A stretch of DNA of 64,000 bases, taken from Felis catus (Eukaryota). The DNA lies in contig NC_058368.1 in assembly GCF_018350175.1 (NCBI RefSeq), forward strand, positions 138,510,001 to 138,574,000, read 5' to 3'. The position numbers were made by a program, and so were the translations under genes. This document shows, piece after piece, positions 24,269 to 36,777 of this stretch. Below the pieces are notes generated by a model. The model searched no databases. It worked only from the letters and a program-made list of their open reading frames with translations, and had not been told where the DNA came from. The first letter of the stretch is position 1. Every line of letters starts with the position of its first letter.

Positions 24269-24273
<5 letters not shown>

Positions 24274-24425
24274 TATACACAGAAGAGAGAAGAAACGTCA
24301 GAAGGCCATTGTGGGAACATTCTGACCGTTGGAAGCAAATATGGGCTCTGACTGAACTGTCATGGCATGGGAAGAAAGGAAGCTTACTGGCCCAACGCAT
24401 GATGTGAAAAATGGGGCATTTGATA

Positions 24426-24670
24426 GGGCACTTGGGTGGCTTGGTTGGTTAAGCGTCCAATCTTGGTTTCAGCTCAGGTCGTGGTCTCACAGTTCTTGAG
24501 TTCAAGCCTTGCCTCCAGCTCTGTGCTGACAGTGCGGAGCCTGCTTGGGATTTCTCTCTACCTCTCCCTCTCTCTGCCACTCCCTGGTTTGCTCTCTCTC
24601 TCTCTGTCCCTCTCTCTTTCAATAAATAAATAAATAAATAGATAAATAAAATAAAACATTTTAAAAAGAA
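24426..24670 (+). mobile_element. Older carnivore SINE
   Basis: SINE head and body, (CT)n and (TAAA)n tail. Confidence 0.92.
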
Positions 24671-24954
24671 ATAAAATGGAGACTTGAGCATGTTCCCTAG
24701 ATAATAGATAGCTGGTAGGAGGAGGGAGAATCTGGGGTCTATGTGGTGCGTGACAGACACACCCTTTACAGGGGAAGGATTTGATAGATTCAGGCAAAGA
24801 GGAGATCTTAGATATGTGTGTTATAGGATATAAGGGGGCATGGCATTTAATAAGTACTCAGTAGATGCTAATTATTGTTGAGTTTATAGGTTTAAGGATT
24901 ATAGGTTTAAGAAAAGACAAAAAAACAAAAACAAACAACAACAACAAAAAAAAC

Positions 24955-25155
24955 GGTGTCTGGTGGCTCAGTTAAGCATCCAACTCTTAATTTCAGCTCA
25001 GGTCATTATCTTGTGGTTCGTGTCTTTGAGCTCCGAGTCGGGCTCTGCGCTGACAGTGCGAAATTTAATTGGGATTCGTTCTCTCCCTCTCTCTGCCCCT
25101 CTCCCGCTCATGCTCTCTTTCTCTCTCTCTGTCGAAATGAACAAATAAACTTAAA
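24955..25155 (+). mobile_element. Older carnivore SINE
   Basis: ggtggctcagttaagcatccaactc...cagctcaggtcattatc...ctctctctgcccctc. Confidence 0.88.
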
Positions 25156-27432
25156 AGAATGGACAAAAAGGGAAGGACAGGAGAAAATATAAATACACTT
25201 TTAAATAAAAGAAATATAGGGGGGAGTGGAGGAAGAACAGAATTAAGAGGAAAAGTAAAAAAGAAAGGAAAGGGAGTAATGAGTAGGAGGAAGGAGAAAT
25301 AATTATGTTAAGTTAAAATGAGAAGCGCACAAATAAGAAAACAGAGGGGAAAAGAGGGGAAATGCCAGCAGAGCACACAGCTTTGTAGTCCTGTCCTGAA
25401 ACTATAATGCAACCATAATTTTGATACATGCATGAGGAGTCTTCCAGCATTCACGTCTGGTCAGCCTGTGGTTTAACACGGTGCATATTTAGACCTTTGA
25501 GTCAGTGTGAACGTCGCGATCAAAACCTTGAATCTCAGTAGGAAATCCTGGGCTTTAATTGGGGGAATAGCTTTGGAACCCGAAGATTACCACGTCAGGC
25601 TTCAGTGAGTCCCTTGATAGCATATTTACAATGTTTTCTACTTTCAAAGGCCTTTCATGCTGCTTTTCTGGAAATGATGGAAGCATCACTGTGTAGGATG
25701 GGCTCATTCCCTCGTCCCGTTAGCCGGGTTCCCGGAGTCCCTTTCAGGTGGGGAGAAGGTATACAACAGTTCGCCTCCTCTAAAGTTCTGCGGCTAATCA
25801 GCCATGCCACCAGATGTTGAATCATCCAGAGTGAGAGGCACAGTCCTGGCTCCTTCTCTGGATTCCTCTAAGAACCAAGGGGGCAGGTTAGGGCTCTGAA
25901 CGGACCTCAGGCTGATGGGTTTTCCTACCTCAGCACGTTGGCTTCAACTACGCGAGGAGTATTGTAGCATCACCTATGTGCCGTTTAGTCGTTTTCTGAA
26001 GCTAGTAATACACAGAAATGTAGATGGGTGGGAAAGATGAGATCGTTCAACTTTTTGCACCTATGTGAGCTTCATTTCCATTTTGAGCTCACTCCAGGGA
26101 GTGGTAAAACCCAAATCTCAGTCAACTCAGGTTTCCTGTCCGCCTTCCCAGGACTGTGTCTAAGTCCCAGGTGGCTACGCTTCTAAGGCCCCGGAGGAGG
26201 GAGAAGGGAGACGGAGGCATCTTCCCAGGTTGACATTCTCTGAGATGTGTGTTGTCCCATCCAAACGCGTGACACCCATCCGCAAGTTCATTTCTTAGCC
26301 ATTTCCTGCCCCTGGACATACTTGGCTGCTCTTTGGAGGCCTAACAAGATGCTAGGGGCTGCTCAAGGCCCTTCATTACTTGCTTTGTGTTCCCTAGGCT
26401 TTAGCAGGCCCCAAGACCTGGAAACTATAACTTCCATGCCCACGGAGATTCTCAAACTCAGCTGGGATTTGACCAGCGGTGGGGAAGGGACTCGACTGGA
26501 TTGATACCTTCCTTGTTTCAGTCTGAGCAACTTTCTCTAGTCCGGGGATAAGGGATAGTACTGGAGGGAATGGAAATAGCTCTAATTACATATTTATCCA
26601 AAGCTTCTGTTTAAGTCCTGGGCCTAGGCTTATACAAGGGAGAAGCCAAGAGTCTGCACCTTTGTCGTCCTTGCCTGGGCAGCAGTATCCCTTCCCGGAG
26701 TTGACAGACACAACATGCATGGGTGGGTAATTGTTGGGAGCTAGACATAACCACTCTTACCTCAACATTATCCTGCCACATGGGCATGTGGCCCTCACTC
26801 TCAATATCATTTCTGAAATGATCTCCCCGGAATAATTAAAAACAATGTCCAATACGCCGTGGTACTTGCATTTAAGTGACTTCAGGTCAATGATAAGGAG
26901 CCCAAATGTCACGGAGGGCAGCAGGATGGTCTTGATGGCAAGAGACCCAAGCAAAGAGTACACCATGTTCTTGTATGAGTTCTGTAATCTTATTCAAATT
27001 ACATTTTCTGGTCCCAGGGAAATTCACTCATATATTTCCATGTGATAGAGTCTACCTGGGAGGCCCTATCTCACTTGGCACCGTACCACTCCAAAGAGGT
27101 CCTGTTTGAAAACCTCATTTTTCTTAAAACAGATGCTGGGTTTCAGAACACGTGCCTTAGACATGTTCGCAGTGTATGCACAGTGCTGTGCCCGGGATGG
27201 AAATAGAGCCAAAAAGTGCTAGGAGAGTGTGCAAAAGCCCTCATTCCATGCCCAGCAATTTGAACATGTTTGTTTTCTTCTAGAAGCTTGGCTGGCCTCC
27301 ACAAGTTTACCAAAGTGGAGTATGTAAGGGGCTCAGAACTGTGGCCAGATCCCCCATAATTTTCCAGGGGAAAATACTCCTGAGTATCTTCGTGAGACTC
27401 TTGCATCTCTAGGGCGGCTTTCTTTGGAACAG

Positions 27433-27622
27433 CAGTGGCAAACCTGCATCAGCATAAGAACCAGCCAGGGAGTTTATCAATCATGTAGTTCCCAAGCCTC
27501 ATGGCAAGATCTGGGTTGTGGTCAGAGAATCAGCATTTTTAGTAAGTGACCCCCCCCCCCCCGCCCCCCGCCGGTGACTCCAACAAAGGTGTTCCCAGAC
27601 CACACATTGAGAAGCACAGTGG
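27433..27622. mobile_element. MER5-type MITE with internal C-run
   Basis: cagtggcaaacctgcatcagcataagaacc...cagagaatcagcatttttagtaag...cacacattgagaagcacagtg. Confidence 0.6.
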
Positions 27623-28784
27623 TGGGGCCTCTTTGGTGGCCCTTTATGAGGCCAATGGAAAGGAGCCCTGGGTTTCTATGCAGCCACCAGGCTGTTGCCC
27701 CTCCTACAGTTAATTTCTAAGCTCCAGAATCCACCTACTCTCATTACTAAGTAGCCAGCTGAATACAGTTGCCTCCTATACCTGCCTACCCCTTTCCTGT
27801 TCACAGGAAACAGCTTGTGAGCAATTATGAACAGCATGTGTCCACAAGACCTCTGGAGACAGGTGTCTGGAAGCCGATGTAAACAACCAACAGGAAAGAA
27901 AACTTGCGGGCTTCATTTTGCAACCTTGAGAGGCACTTACTGGTCCGTCTCACTAAGTTTGGAATGGCTTTTAGAGGGCTTTGCTAGTTGTTTCTCATGT
28001 GTTAAATCTCCGAAACAAACTATAACTTCTTGGAAAGCGGTCACAATATTATTTTTTCCTCCTACTTACTCCACAGCATCTACTATATCATTGGTGCTCA
28101 ATGCAGAATGAAAGTTTCCAACTTAAAATCAGGTTGCTTCCCAAAACTCATTCTTAAGGCCGTCATTTGGATCTTGTTTCTCATTAGGGCAGTGTTGTAA
28201 AAAGGTAATTATGTTCCCAGGGCAGCTCCTCAATATCGATTTAACCAGCAATAGAGCTGAGCTGTAGTTCTGATAGTACCACAGAACCTAAAATCACCTA
28301 TAATACTGCTTTTTATGGGAAAATCTGTTCCAGATTCCAACTGGAGATGCCAGGAACTCCTTTTTCTGGCCACAGTTCTAGAATAAGACTTGATCCATTT
28401 GCAGTTAAGGGTCCCCGATGCATGCATGCACAAACACGCGGTGGACTGGCTTGTCTGCTGGGGTTCCAAAGATGAGGTGGCCTGAATTCCTTTTGGGAAA
28501 CTGGCTGAGGAGGAAGGGTAGGGGTGCTCCTGTCAGAAATGCTTCCAGTTGGCCTGATCGAGTCAGGAGGAGGGACCTGGAAGAGGGGGAATTTCAGGGC
28601 TGTGGAGTTATGGAATGGTCCTGGTGGGAGGTTGCAAGAGTCCAGAGGGCACGGACTCCCTTGGCTGTGGTAGTAGGGCCAGTTGTGGCTGTTTGGGCAG
28701 CCGTGACAATTGGGCACAGGCTGTGGCAGCCACATCGGCCAGGGTTCCACCTCAAGCCCGTAGATAGGTTTGGGGATGTGATGG

Positions 28785-29258
28785 TGTTTTGGTCACTTAT
28801 TGCTACATACCAACCCAAAACATAGTGACTTAAACCAACAACCATTTTATTTCTCATAATTATTCAAATATGGGCTTACAGGTGATCACCAGGCAGCTGC
28901 ATTCAGCTGGCAGGGAGCTAAGGTCTGGACTGTGCTGGCGGCTGGGACTCCTGGACTCACTGTCCCTGTTCATGTAGTCCCAGGGCTTTCCATTCTCCGT
29001 GTGGCCTCTTCTCTGAATCTCCCCACGTGGTTTCTCCAGCAGTGTAGCCAGAATTCTCACATGGCAGCTCAGGATATTCAAGGAGCAAAAATAGAAACGT
29101 CCAGGCCTTCTTAAAACTAGTCAGGCCACTGGCACTGTTTCCCTTCTGGTTAAAGTGGTCACAGGGCAGCCCAGACTCAAGGGCGGGGGAGATGACCCAA
29201 AGGCATCAATTCCAGGAGGTTGGTCTGGTGTGGGTTACTGAAGTAATCAGCTTCCACA
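28785..29258 (-). mobile_element. MaLR LTR (MLT1F/H-like)
   Basis: cacttattgctacataccaacccaaaacatagtgacttaaacc...ttctcacatggcagctcagg...cagcttccaca. Confidence 0.8.
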
Positions 29259-29733
29259 TTTGGTGCCATTCATTCCCTACATGGGAGAGCCTCCAAAACC
29301 AAGTGTATTTAGCTAGAGATTCTCTATTACAACCACCACAACCATATTGCTGACATTCCTAGGAGAAGCCTCCAAGTAATTATCATTTCTTTTCATATAA
29401 AAGATACATGTCTAGCTATAAAATCCATCCTGTCACTATTTTTTTTTATATATATTCCAGCCCATTCTTTCTTTTTATAGACCCAGGTGCCTACTTTATA
29501 TAGACTTAATGTGTTCTCGGTCTTCATGTCGGAACACCTTGAAAAATTCCAGTGGGTTTTGAAGTACATCCACAAAATGGCACAAAGCCCCCAAGTTTGC
29601 AAACGGTTTATTTTTAAACTATCAACTACAGCAGACTCAAGGTTGGCCTTCTTCCTCTCAGGTTCATCTACTTACCTGAGGGAAAGAGAAAGAGAAGGAG
29701 TTAGTGTTAGTACTTTGGTATTAGATATATATA

Positions 29734-32007
29734 CAAGCATACCTTGGAGATATTGTGGGTTTGGTTCCAGACCACTGCAATAAAGCAAATATGGCAGTAA
29801 AGCGAGTCAAATGATTTTCTTGGTTTCTCAGTGCATACAAAAGTTATGCTTACACTCCACTGTTGTCTCTTAAGTGTGTGGAATTATGTCGAAAAAACCA
29901 GTGTATACTTAAAAAAATACTTGATTGCTAAAAAATGCTAACCATCATGTGAGCCTTCAGCAACTTGCAATCTTTTTGCTGATGGCGGGGGGTCTTGCCT
30001 CCATGTTGGTGGCTGCTGACTGATTAGGGTGGTGGTTGCTGAAGGCTGGGGTGGCTGTGGCAATTTGTTAAATCAGACAAAATAAGTTTGCTACATCAGT
30101 GGATTCTTCCTTTCATGAATGTTTTCTCTATAGTATGTGATGTTGTTTGATACCATTTTACACACGGTAGAAATTCTTTCAAAATTGGAGTCACTCCTCT
30201 CAAATCCCGTCCCTGCTTTATCAACTGAGTTTATGTCCTATTCTAAGTCCTTTGTTGTCATGTCAACAATCTTCACAGCATCGTCATCTGGAATAGATTC
30301 CATCTCCTGAAAGCATTTTCTTTGCTCATTTGTAGGAAACAGCTCCTCATCTATTGAAGTTGTATCATGAGATTGAAGCAATTCAATCACATCTTCAGGC
30401 TTCACTTCTCATTCTAGTTATCTCGCTCTCGGCACCACATCTGCAGTTACTTCCTCCCCTGAAGTCTTGAACCTCTCAAAGTGGTCCATGAGGGCTGGAG
30501 TCAGCTTCTTCCAAACTTCTGTTAATGCCGATATTTTCACCTCTTCCCAAGAATCACCGATGTCCTTAATGGCGTCTAGAATGGTGAATCCCTTCCAGAA
30601 GATTTTCAGTGGCGTTTGATCAGATCCATAGAGGAATCTCTATGTGTGGCACTTGTAGCCTTAGAAAATACTGAGACTTGAAATTTGAAATTACTCCTTG
30701 ATCCTTGGGCTACAGGAGAATTATGAACAAGCAGGGGTGTTTTGAAAGGAATCTTTTTGTCTAAGTAGCAGGTCTCAACAGTGGGCTTAAAATATTCAGT
30801 AAACCACGCTTTAAACAGATGTGCTGTCATCCAGGCATTGTTGTTCCATGTATAGAGTGCAGGCAGAGGAAATTCAGCCTAATTCTTAAAGAGCCCTAGG
30901 ATGTCCAGAATGGTTAAATGAGCCTTGGCTTCAACTTAAAGTCACCAGCTGCGTTAGCCCCTAATAGGAGAGTCAGCCTGTCCCATGAAGCTTTAAAGCC
31001 AGACATGGACTTCTCCTCTGTCGCTATGAGAGTCCTAGATGACATCTTCCAACGGAAAGCTGTTGAAATTGAAAATCTAAAAATCTGTTGTTTAGTGTAG
31101 CCGCCCGCATGAATTATCTCAGCCGGATCTTCTGAACACCTGGCTGCCATCTCTGCTCCAGCACTTGCTGCTTCACCTTGCACTTGTATGTTACGGAGAC
31201 AGCTCTTGTCCTTCAATGCCATCAATCAACCTCTTTTAGCTTCAGACTCTTTGGGGCTTCCTCACCTCCGTCAGCCATCATAAGATTGAGGAGAGTGAGG
31301 GCTTTGCTCTGGGTTTAGGCTTTGGATGAAGGGAATATTGTGGCTGGTTTGATCTTGTCTCTGGACCACTAAAACTTCCTCGGTATCAGCTGTTGGTTAT
31401 TTGGGTGTTGACTGGAGGGGCACTTTTCATTTCCTTTAAGAACTTTGCCTTTGCGTTCACAGTCAGGTTAACTGTTTCATGCAAGAGGCCTGGCTTTCAG
31501 GCTATTTCAGCTTTTGACATGCCCTCCTCAATGAGCTTAATCATTTCTAGCTTTTGATTTAAAGTGAGAGAAATGTGACCCTTCCTTTCACTTGAACACT
31601 TAGAAGACACTAGGGTTATTCCCTGGCTTAATTTCAATATTGTTGTGTCTCAGAGAATTAGGAGGCCTTGGGGAGAGGGAGAGAGATGGGGAAATGGCCA
31701 GTTGGTTGAGCCATCAGAACACATACAACATTTCTTGATTGATTTTTTTATGGGCGTGGCTCATAGTACCTCAAAACAGTTAGGGTAGTACCATCACAGA
31801 TCACCATAGCAAGTATCATAGTAATGAAAAAGTTTTAAGTATTGCCAGAATTACCCAAATGTGTGATAAAGAGACACGAGTGAGCAAATACTATCATAAA
31901 AATGGTACGGAGAGCCTTCCTCAAAGCACAAACCTTCAATTTATAAAAAAAAAATATCATATATACAAGGCACAGTAAAGAAAAGTGCATTCAAACCAGG
32001 TATGCCC
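29734..32007 (-). mobile_element. Tigger1 (pogo/TcMar) DNA transposon, near full length
   Basis: TIR-like ends CAAGCATACC... and ...GGTATGCCC flanked by TA; ORF remnants NIQVQGEAASA...DRLTLLLGANAAGDFKLKP and [22 protein letters not shown] match Tigger1 transposase. Confidence 0.95.
30000..31610 (-). pseudogene. Disrupted Tigger1 transposase ORF
   Basis: Start region reads GTGTCTTCTAAGTGTTCAAGTGAAAGG (ATG lost); stops and frameshifts split it into fragments 30914-31225 and 30606-30830. Confidence 0.85.
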
Positions 32008-32009
32008 TA

Positions 32010-32480
32010 GCTGAAACAGACCTAGCTACTTTCTTCTGATCTCTCCTTCTGTCTTTCTTGGGGTAGCAAGATGCCCAGGCTTTCTTCCAGCTAAGTATGT
32101 CCTCATGACGAAGTTCTGGCTAGTGACAGAGAAAGTTAATTGTGTCTGGGACTTGCAAAAAGGTTACTTAAAGGGAACTGGCTTAACTGGGAGGGAACCC
32201 TTGGGTCTTACTTTGAATTCTTTCTTCCTGTTGTCTACACTGTGAATGCACTGGTTGGATCTCCACCTCATCCGGAGATGACTTTAGGACAGAAAACACA
32301 CTCCAGGATGGTAGAATATAAAGATAGGTGGACTCTGGGTTAGTGATGGCTGTGGAGCTTTATTCCAGCCCTGAACTCTAGAACTAGGTATAGAGATCTG
32401 GATCATGGTGGAGAGAAAGACATTCTCCCTATTAAGCCTTTGTTACTTTGGGTTTCCTGTTACAGGGAGCCTATCTTGTG
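32010..32480 (+). mobile_element. ERVL LTR (LTR16/LTR33-like)
   Basis: gaagttctggctagtgacag...aggatggtagaatataaagatagg...attaagcctttgttactttgggtttcctgttac. Confidence 0.65.
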
Positions 32481-32554
32481 CACCTGCTCATAGCTCATTG
32501 CGAATGCCATCTGTTATGTACGTTGCCTCAGAAAAATGATTAAGAATCGCTTGT

Positions 32555-32862
32555 CAAGGCCAAGAAACCTGCACACAGATGTCTATAGCAGCATTATCCA
32601 TAATTGCTAAAACTTAAAAGCAACCGAGATATCCTTCAGTAAGTAAGTGGACAAATAAGCTGTTGTACATCCAGATGATGGAATATTATTTATTTAGTGC
32701 TAAAAGAAAATGAACTATCCATAAAAAGAACTGCATATTATATGCATATTACTAAGTGAAAGAAGGCATTCTGAAAAGGCTACATAGTGTATAATTCCAA
32801 CTTTATATCATTGTGGAAAAGGCAAAACTATGGAGACAGTAAAAAGATCAATAGTTGTCCAG
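32555..32862 (+). mobile_element. Old L1MB/MC 3' fragment
   Basis: ctgcacacagatgtctatagcagcattatccataattgctaaaac...aaaggcaaaactatggagacagtaaaaagatca. Confidence 0.85.
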
Positions 32863-32919
32863 GATCATTATAGCCCAAACAGAGCCAACACTTGCTCAAC
32901 CCATTAAGGGTTGATTAGA

Positions 32920-33035
32920 CACGATAACTGGTGAACACAGAGAGAGGTTGGGGCCCGAGAATTTGAATTTCTACCAAGCCCCAAGGTGATGCTGAAGCTG
33001 TGGATCCAGGAGCCACACTTTGAGAACCGCTGGCC
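32920..33035. mobile_element. MER5-type fragment
   Basis: ggggcccgagaatttgaatttctaccaag...ccacactttgagaaccgctg. Confidence 0.7.
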
Positions 33036-33429
33036 TAGAGTGTGGGGAGGAGGTGTCTATCAGTGGTCAAAGGAAGCAGTCTGGGAGGGGCAGAGCCAAG
33101 ACTGAAACATATCAAGGGAGTGAGGGGACACACTGACCGGAGAGTTCAGGTTTATAGGTAGTGAGCTGGGGCAGGACGTCTGAAAAGGAGGCAAAGAAGC
33201 GCTGTGCTGCCACCTCCTCCAGGGCAGCTCAGTCCAGTGATGAGGAAATCCAAAGACAGGAGGTCCTCAGCAGGCCAGATGGGAGTTTAGCATGGAGATG
33301 GGAGATGTCAGGGCTGGTCTTTCAGATGGGGATCAGGGAAGGGATCCAGGTTGAGAAGACAAGTGGTAAGGGCAGTGCAGGACGCTAGTCCTCAGGGACT
33401 TGGAGAAACCAAGAATATCCCAGAAAAGA

Positions 33430-34052
33430 ATTCTATGTAATAACAGGATCACTCTTGTCGCTGTAATAGATACACCCCCTCCTTACAGTGACTCCACTCA
33501 TGAGAATTCCTCTCTTACCCCAATTTTAAAACAAGTATTCCTCATTGGCCGACAGCGCTCCTGCAGGTAGTAACTCAGTGACCCAGATACCTTCCAACTT
33601 GTGTCCCTGCAATCATCAAATGTGATTTTTTTTTTCATCGTTTACTTATTTTTGGGACAGAGAGAGAGCATGAACGGGGGAAGGGCAGAGAGAGAGGGAG
33701 ACACAGAATCGGAAACAGGCTCCAGGCTCCGAGCCATCAGCCCAGAGCCTGACGCGGGGCTCAAACTCACGGACCGCGAGATCGTGACCTGGCTGAAGTC
33801 GGACGCTTAACCGACTGCGCCACCCAGGCGCCCCTCAAATGTGATTTTTAAGGTTACCGATAAGAGGGAAAAGCATAGAGAATCACACATGAGCAGATTA
33901 TAATAAGTGAGGCCTGGAAGGGGCACTTACCACTTCTGCCTAAAATTCACTGTCAGGAGTAGATCACACAGCCACGTTAACTCCACAAATCTACATTGTG
34001 TCCAAGAGGAAGAAGAAAGAGTCTAATGGCCAGCTAGACAGTCTCTGCCACA
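33430..34052 (-). mobile_element. MaLR LTR (MLT1-type) interrupted by a SINE
   Basis: gtaactcagtgacccagataccttcc...ggcctggaaggggcacttaccacttctgcc...cagtctctgccaca. Confidence 0.6.
33626..33834 (-). mobile_element. Felid CAN-SINE
   Basis: TSD TCAAATGTGATTTTT. Confidence 0.96.
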
Positions 34053-34588
34053 CTCCTATAAAGGGGAGCAAAGAAGAATTACATCATTATAATTTGGTCT
34101 ACAGGGGTAATGTTCACCCACTAACCGGTAGGATGCAACTGTATGTTCCAGCTGGGGCCATTAGTGCATTTATTCTGTCTTGTCCCTATACTGATCGTGC
34201 CAGTGGGGAGCATAGAAGGATGCAGAACCTCCAAGCCAGGCAGGGCCTAGAGACCAGCTGTGGATTGCCAGCTTTTACGGAATATACTTGAGAAAGGTTG
34301 CTTCTCTGAATTAAAACCTCTCTGACCTAAAAATATCATATCAAGGAATGCAGTTGTGTCACTTACCTACAAAAGGAAATGAATGTTTTCTCTATCTTAT
34401 TATCTTTTGAATGAACTCACCTAGAACTTCCTGGATAGTTCGGTTCAAATTTCTCATGGGAGCACACATTTCTTGTTTGGGAAGTATTTTTAGAATTTAG
34501 TTGTGTTGTTTGAAAATGTCAATTGAGAAATCCTACCAATGACCTCTCTCTATTGAACACATTTGGGGAAGATCATGCACATGGGAAG

Positions 34589-34809
34589 TTTTTTTTTTTT
34601 TTTTTTTCAACGTTTATTTATTTTTGGGACAGAGAGAGGCAGAGCATGAACGGGGGAGGGGCAGAGAGAGAGGGAGACACAGAATCGGAAACAGGCTCCA
34701 GGCTCTGAGCCATCAGCCCAGAGCCCGACGCGGGGCTCGAACTCCCGGACCGCGAGATTGTGACCTGGCTGAAGTCGGACGCTTAACCGACTGCGCCACC
34801 CAGGCGCCC
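34589..34809 (-). mobile_element. Felid CAN-SINE
   Basis: TSD CACATGGGAAGTTTT. Confidence 0.97.
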
Positions 34810-35599
34810 CACATGGGAAGTTTTTAATGGACTAGAACATGGAGGACTTTTTCCTCTAGGAAAATAAAGACAGAAGAAGTAGAATCCCACAGAACTGTCT
34901 GGAAGCGTCTTGATCAGTGTCCCCTTCTCATCACTGCTCAGGAGAAAGCCTTCTCCCTACCTCCTTAATTGGCCTGGAAAAACAAGGGAAGTTCTGAGAG
35001 TCAAAATCCCCCAAAGTCTTGCAAACCGCAGAATATTAAAAGGTTTTTTAAATGTTAGGCCTTTTTTCTTTTTTTTTAAACTAACGATGCCTTTGAAGTA
35101 ATTGAGGGATGATGGATGCCAGGAAGGTGTGATCCATGGGCCGGGTCGCTAGGGTCATGGGTGAATCTGCAGTGATGCTACAGCAGTCTCACTGATAACT
35201 TATGAGTTTCCACATTTTGGCTTTTTAAAAATTCATTTTGAGTTTTGGGGATTTATTATTGGCTAAAGGTTATGACGGTGGGGTAGTGACCCCTAGTTTC
35301 AAGCATAATTTATAACTGTATACAATTACATGAAAACACCATTATAAAATCATAGTGTTCTTCTGAAGTTATGCTATGTAAACCGCAGACCAATCCTTAA
35401 TAGCAAATAAGTCAGACCTCAGTCATTCTGGATAAGCAATCGTGTGTAATATTTGGAAGTGAATAGCATAACTGAGAATGCAACCCTTCGGATTTCTCAA
35501 AGGAGGGAAAGGAGACAGTTCATGTGCACCCAAGCGATCCACACAAAGGAGCCTGTGCATGCTGGAGATGAGGGACGATTTGTTGTTTGACCAGGATGG

Positions 35600-35742
35600 T
35601 GGCTGTCAACCCCTGCTGCACTTGAAAATAACTGGGAGGAGGGAAGGGGCTTTTAAAAACTCCCCATGCCCCTGGCCTCCCTGAACCAATAAAATCTGAA
35701 TCTGTGGGATGTTAATTTCTTGAGGCTCTGAGAACCACTAGC
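35600..35742. mobile_element. MER5-type fragment
   Basis: gctgcacttgaaaataactggga...aaatctgaatctgtggg...ctgagaaccact. Confidence 0.5.
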
Positions 35743-36436
35743 CTGGTTGTCTCCCTTGGCTCACTTAATCTCTAGATGAGAGTGGAAGGGGGGACGAGTC
35801 TCGCTGGGGAGAGAAGGTGGGATAGAGAAGTGCCACTGGCTTCTTCTGGTCCTACAGTCAGGACAGCCTGTACCTAATCAGAGCTGTGCACAGATGCCAC
35901 TAAGTGATTTGGTCCTCTCATCTTCTTTTTATCAGGAGGATCTCACCCTTCTGCCCTGCTGGGAATTCAGGATCCATTTTCATGATGTTTTTCCCCCGTC
36001 TGCCGTAGTCAGGGGTCACAGCCTACCTCCTGGCAGCATGGTTATCAAGCAGGGATCACTGGCTCCAGCCCCAGAATTTCTGTTGACTCTATGCTAATTG
36101 GCATTCATCCATTTATTTACTCCACAAACATTCACTTCCCTATGCTGGGCCCTGGCAACTTACTTGGCGTTGAGCCTGAGCTGGGGAGAGAAGTAACTAG
36201 CTTCGAGGTTCCACCGTGGAACGCTGACGTCATGGTGCCACCTCTTTTCTGAACCTTGGTGATCGTTGCCATTGTCAGAGGCGATGGGCTGTGACAAGCT
36301 CCCCCAACACATTCATGCCCAAGACGTGGAGTCTGCCCAGTGCTGCTAGCGATCAATTTCCTGAATCGGGCTCATACAAGTCAGTACTACCTAGGATTAG
36401 AATCTCTGTGAGCTAAAAATAATAGCTCCAAAGCTC

Positions 36437-36777
36437 CTTTTTTTTTTTTTAATTAAATTGTTTTATTTTTAATTTTTTTAAATTTACATCCAAATTAGCA
36501 TATAGTGCAACAACGATTTCAGGAGTAGATTCCTTAGTGCCCCTGACCCATTTAGCCCATCCCCCCCCCACAACCCCTCCCACAACCCTCAGTTTGTTCC
36601 CCATATTTCTGAGTCTCTTCTGTTTTGTCCCCCTCCCTGTTTTTCTATTATTTTTGTGTCTCTTCCCTTAGGTTCATCTGATTTGTCTCTTCAAGCCCTC
36701 ATACGAGTGAATATGATGTTTGTCTTTCTCTGACTGACTAATACCCTCTAGTTCCATCCATGTAGTTGCAAATGGCC
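36437..36777 (-). mobile_element. Carnivore/felid L1 3' end
   Basis: Poly-T, then aatttacatccaaattagcatatagtgcaac...gttccatccatgtagttgcaaatggc; short TSD-like AGCTCCT. Confidence 0.9.

Noticed and set aside
30606..31225. TIGD1-like functional gene
   Set aside because: Start codon lost, frame fragmented, and terminal repeats still present, so it is a dead Tigger1 copy.
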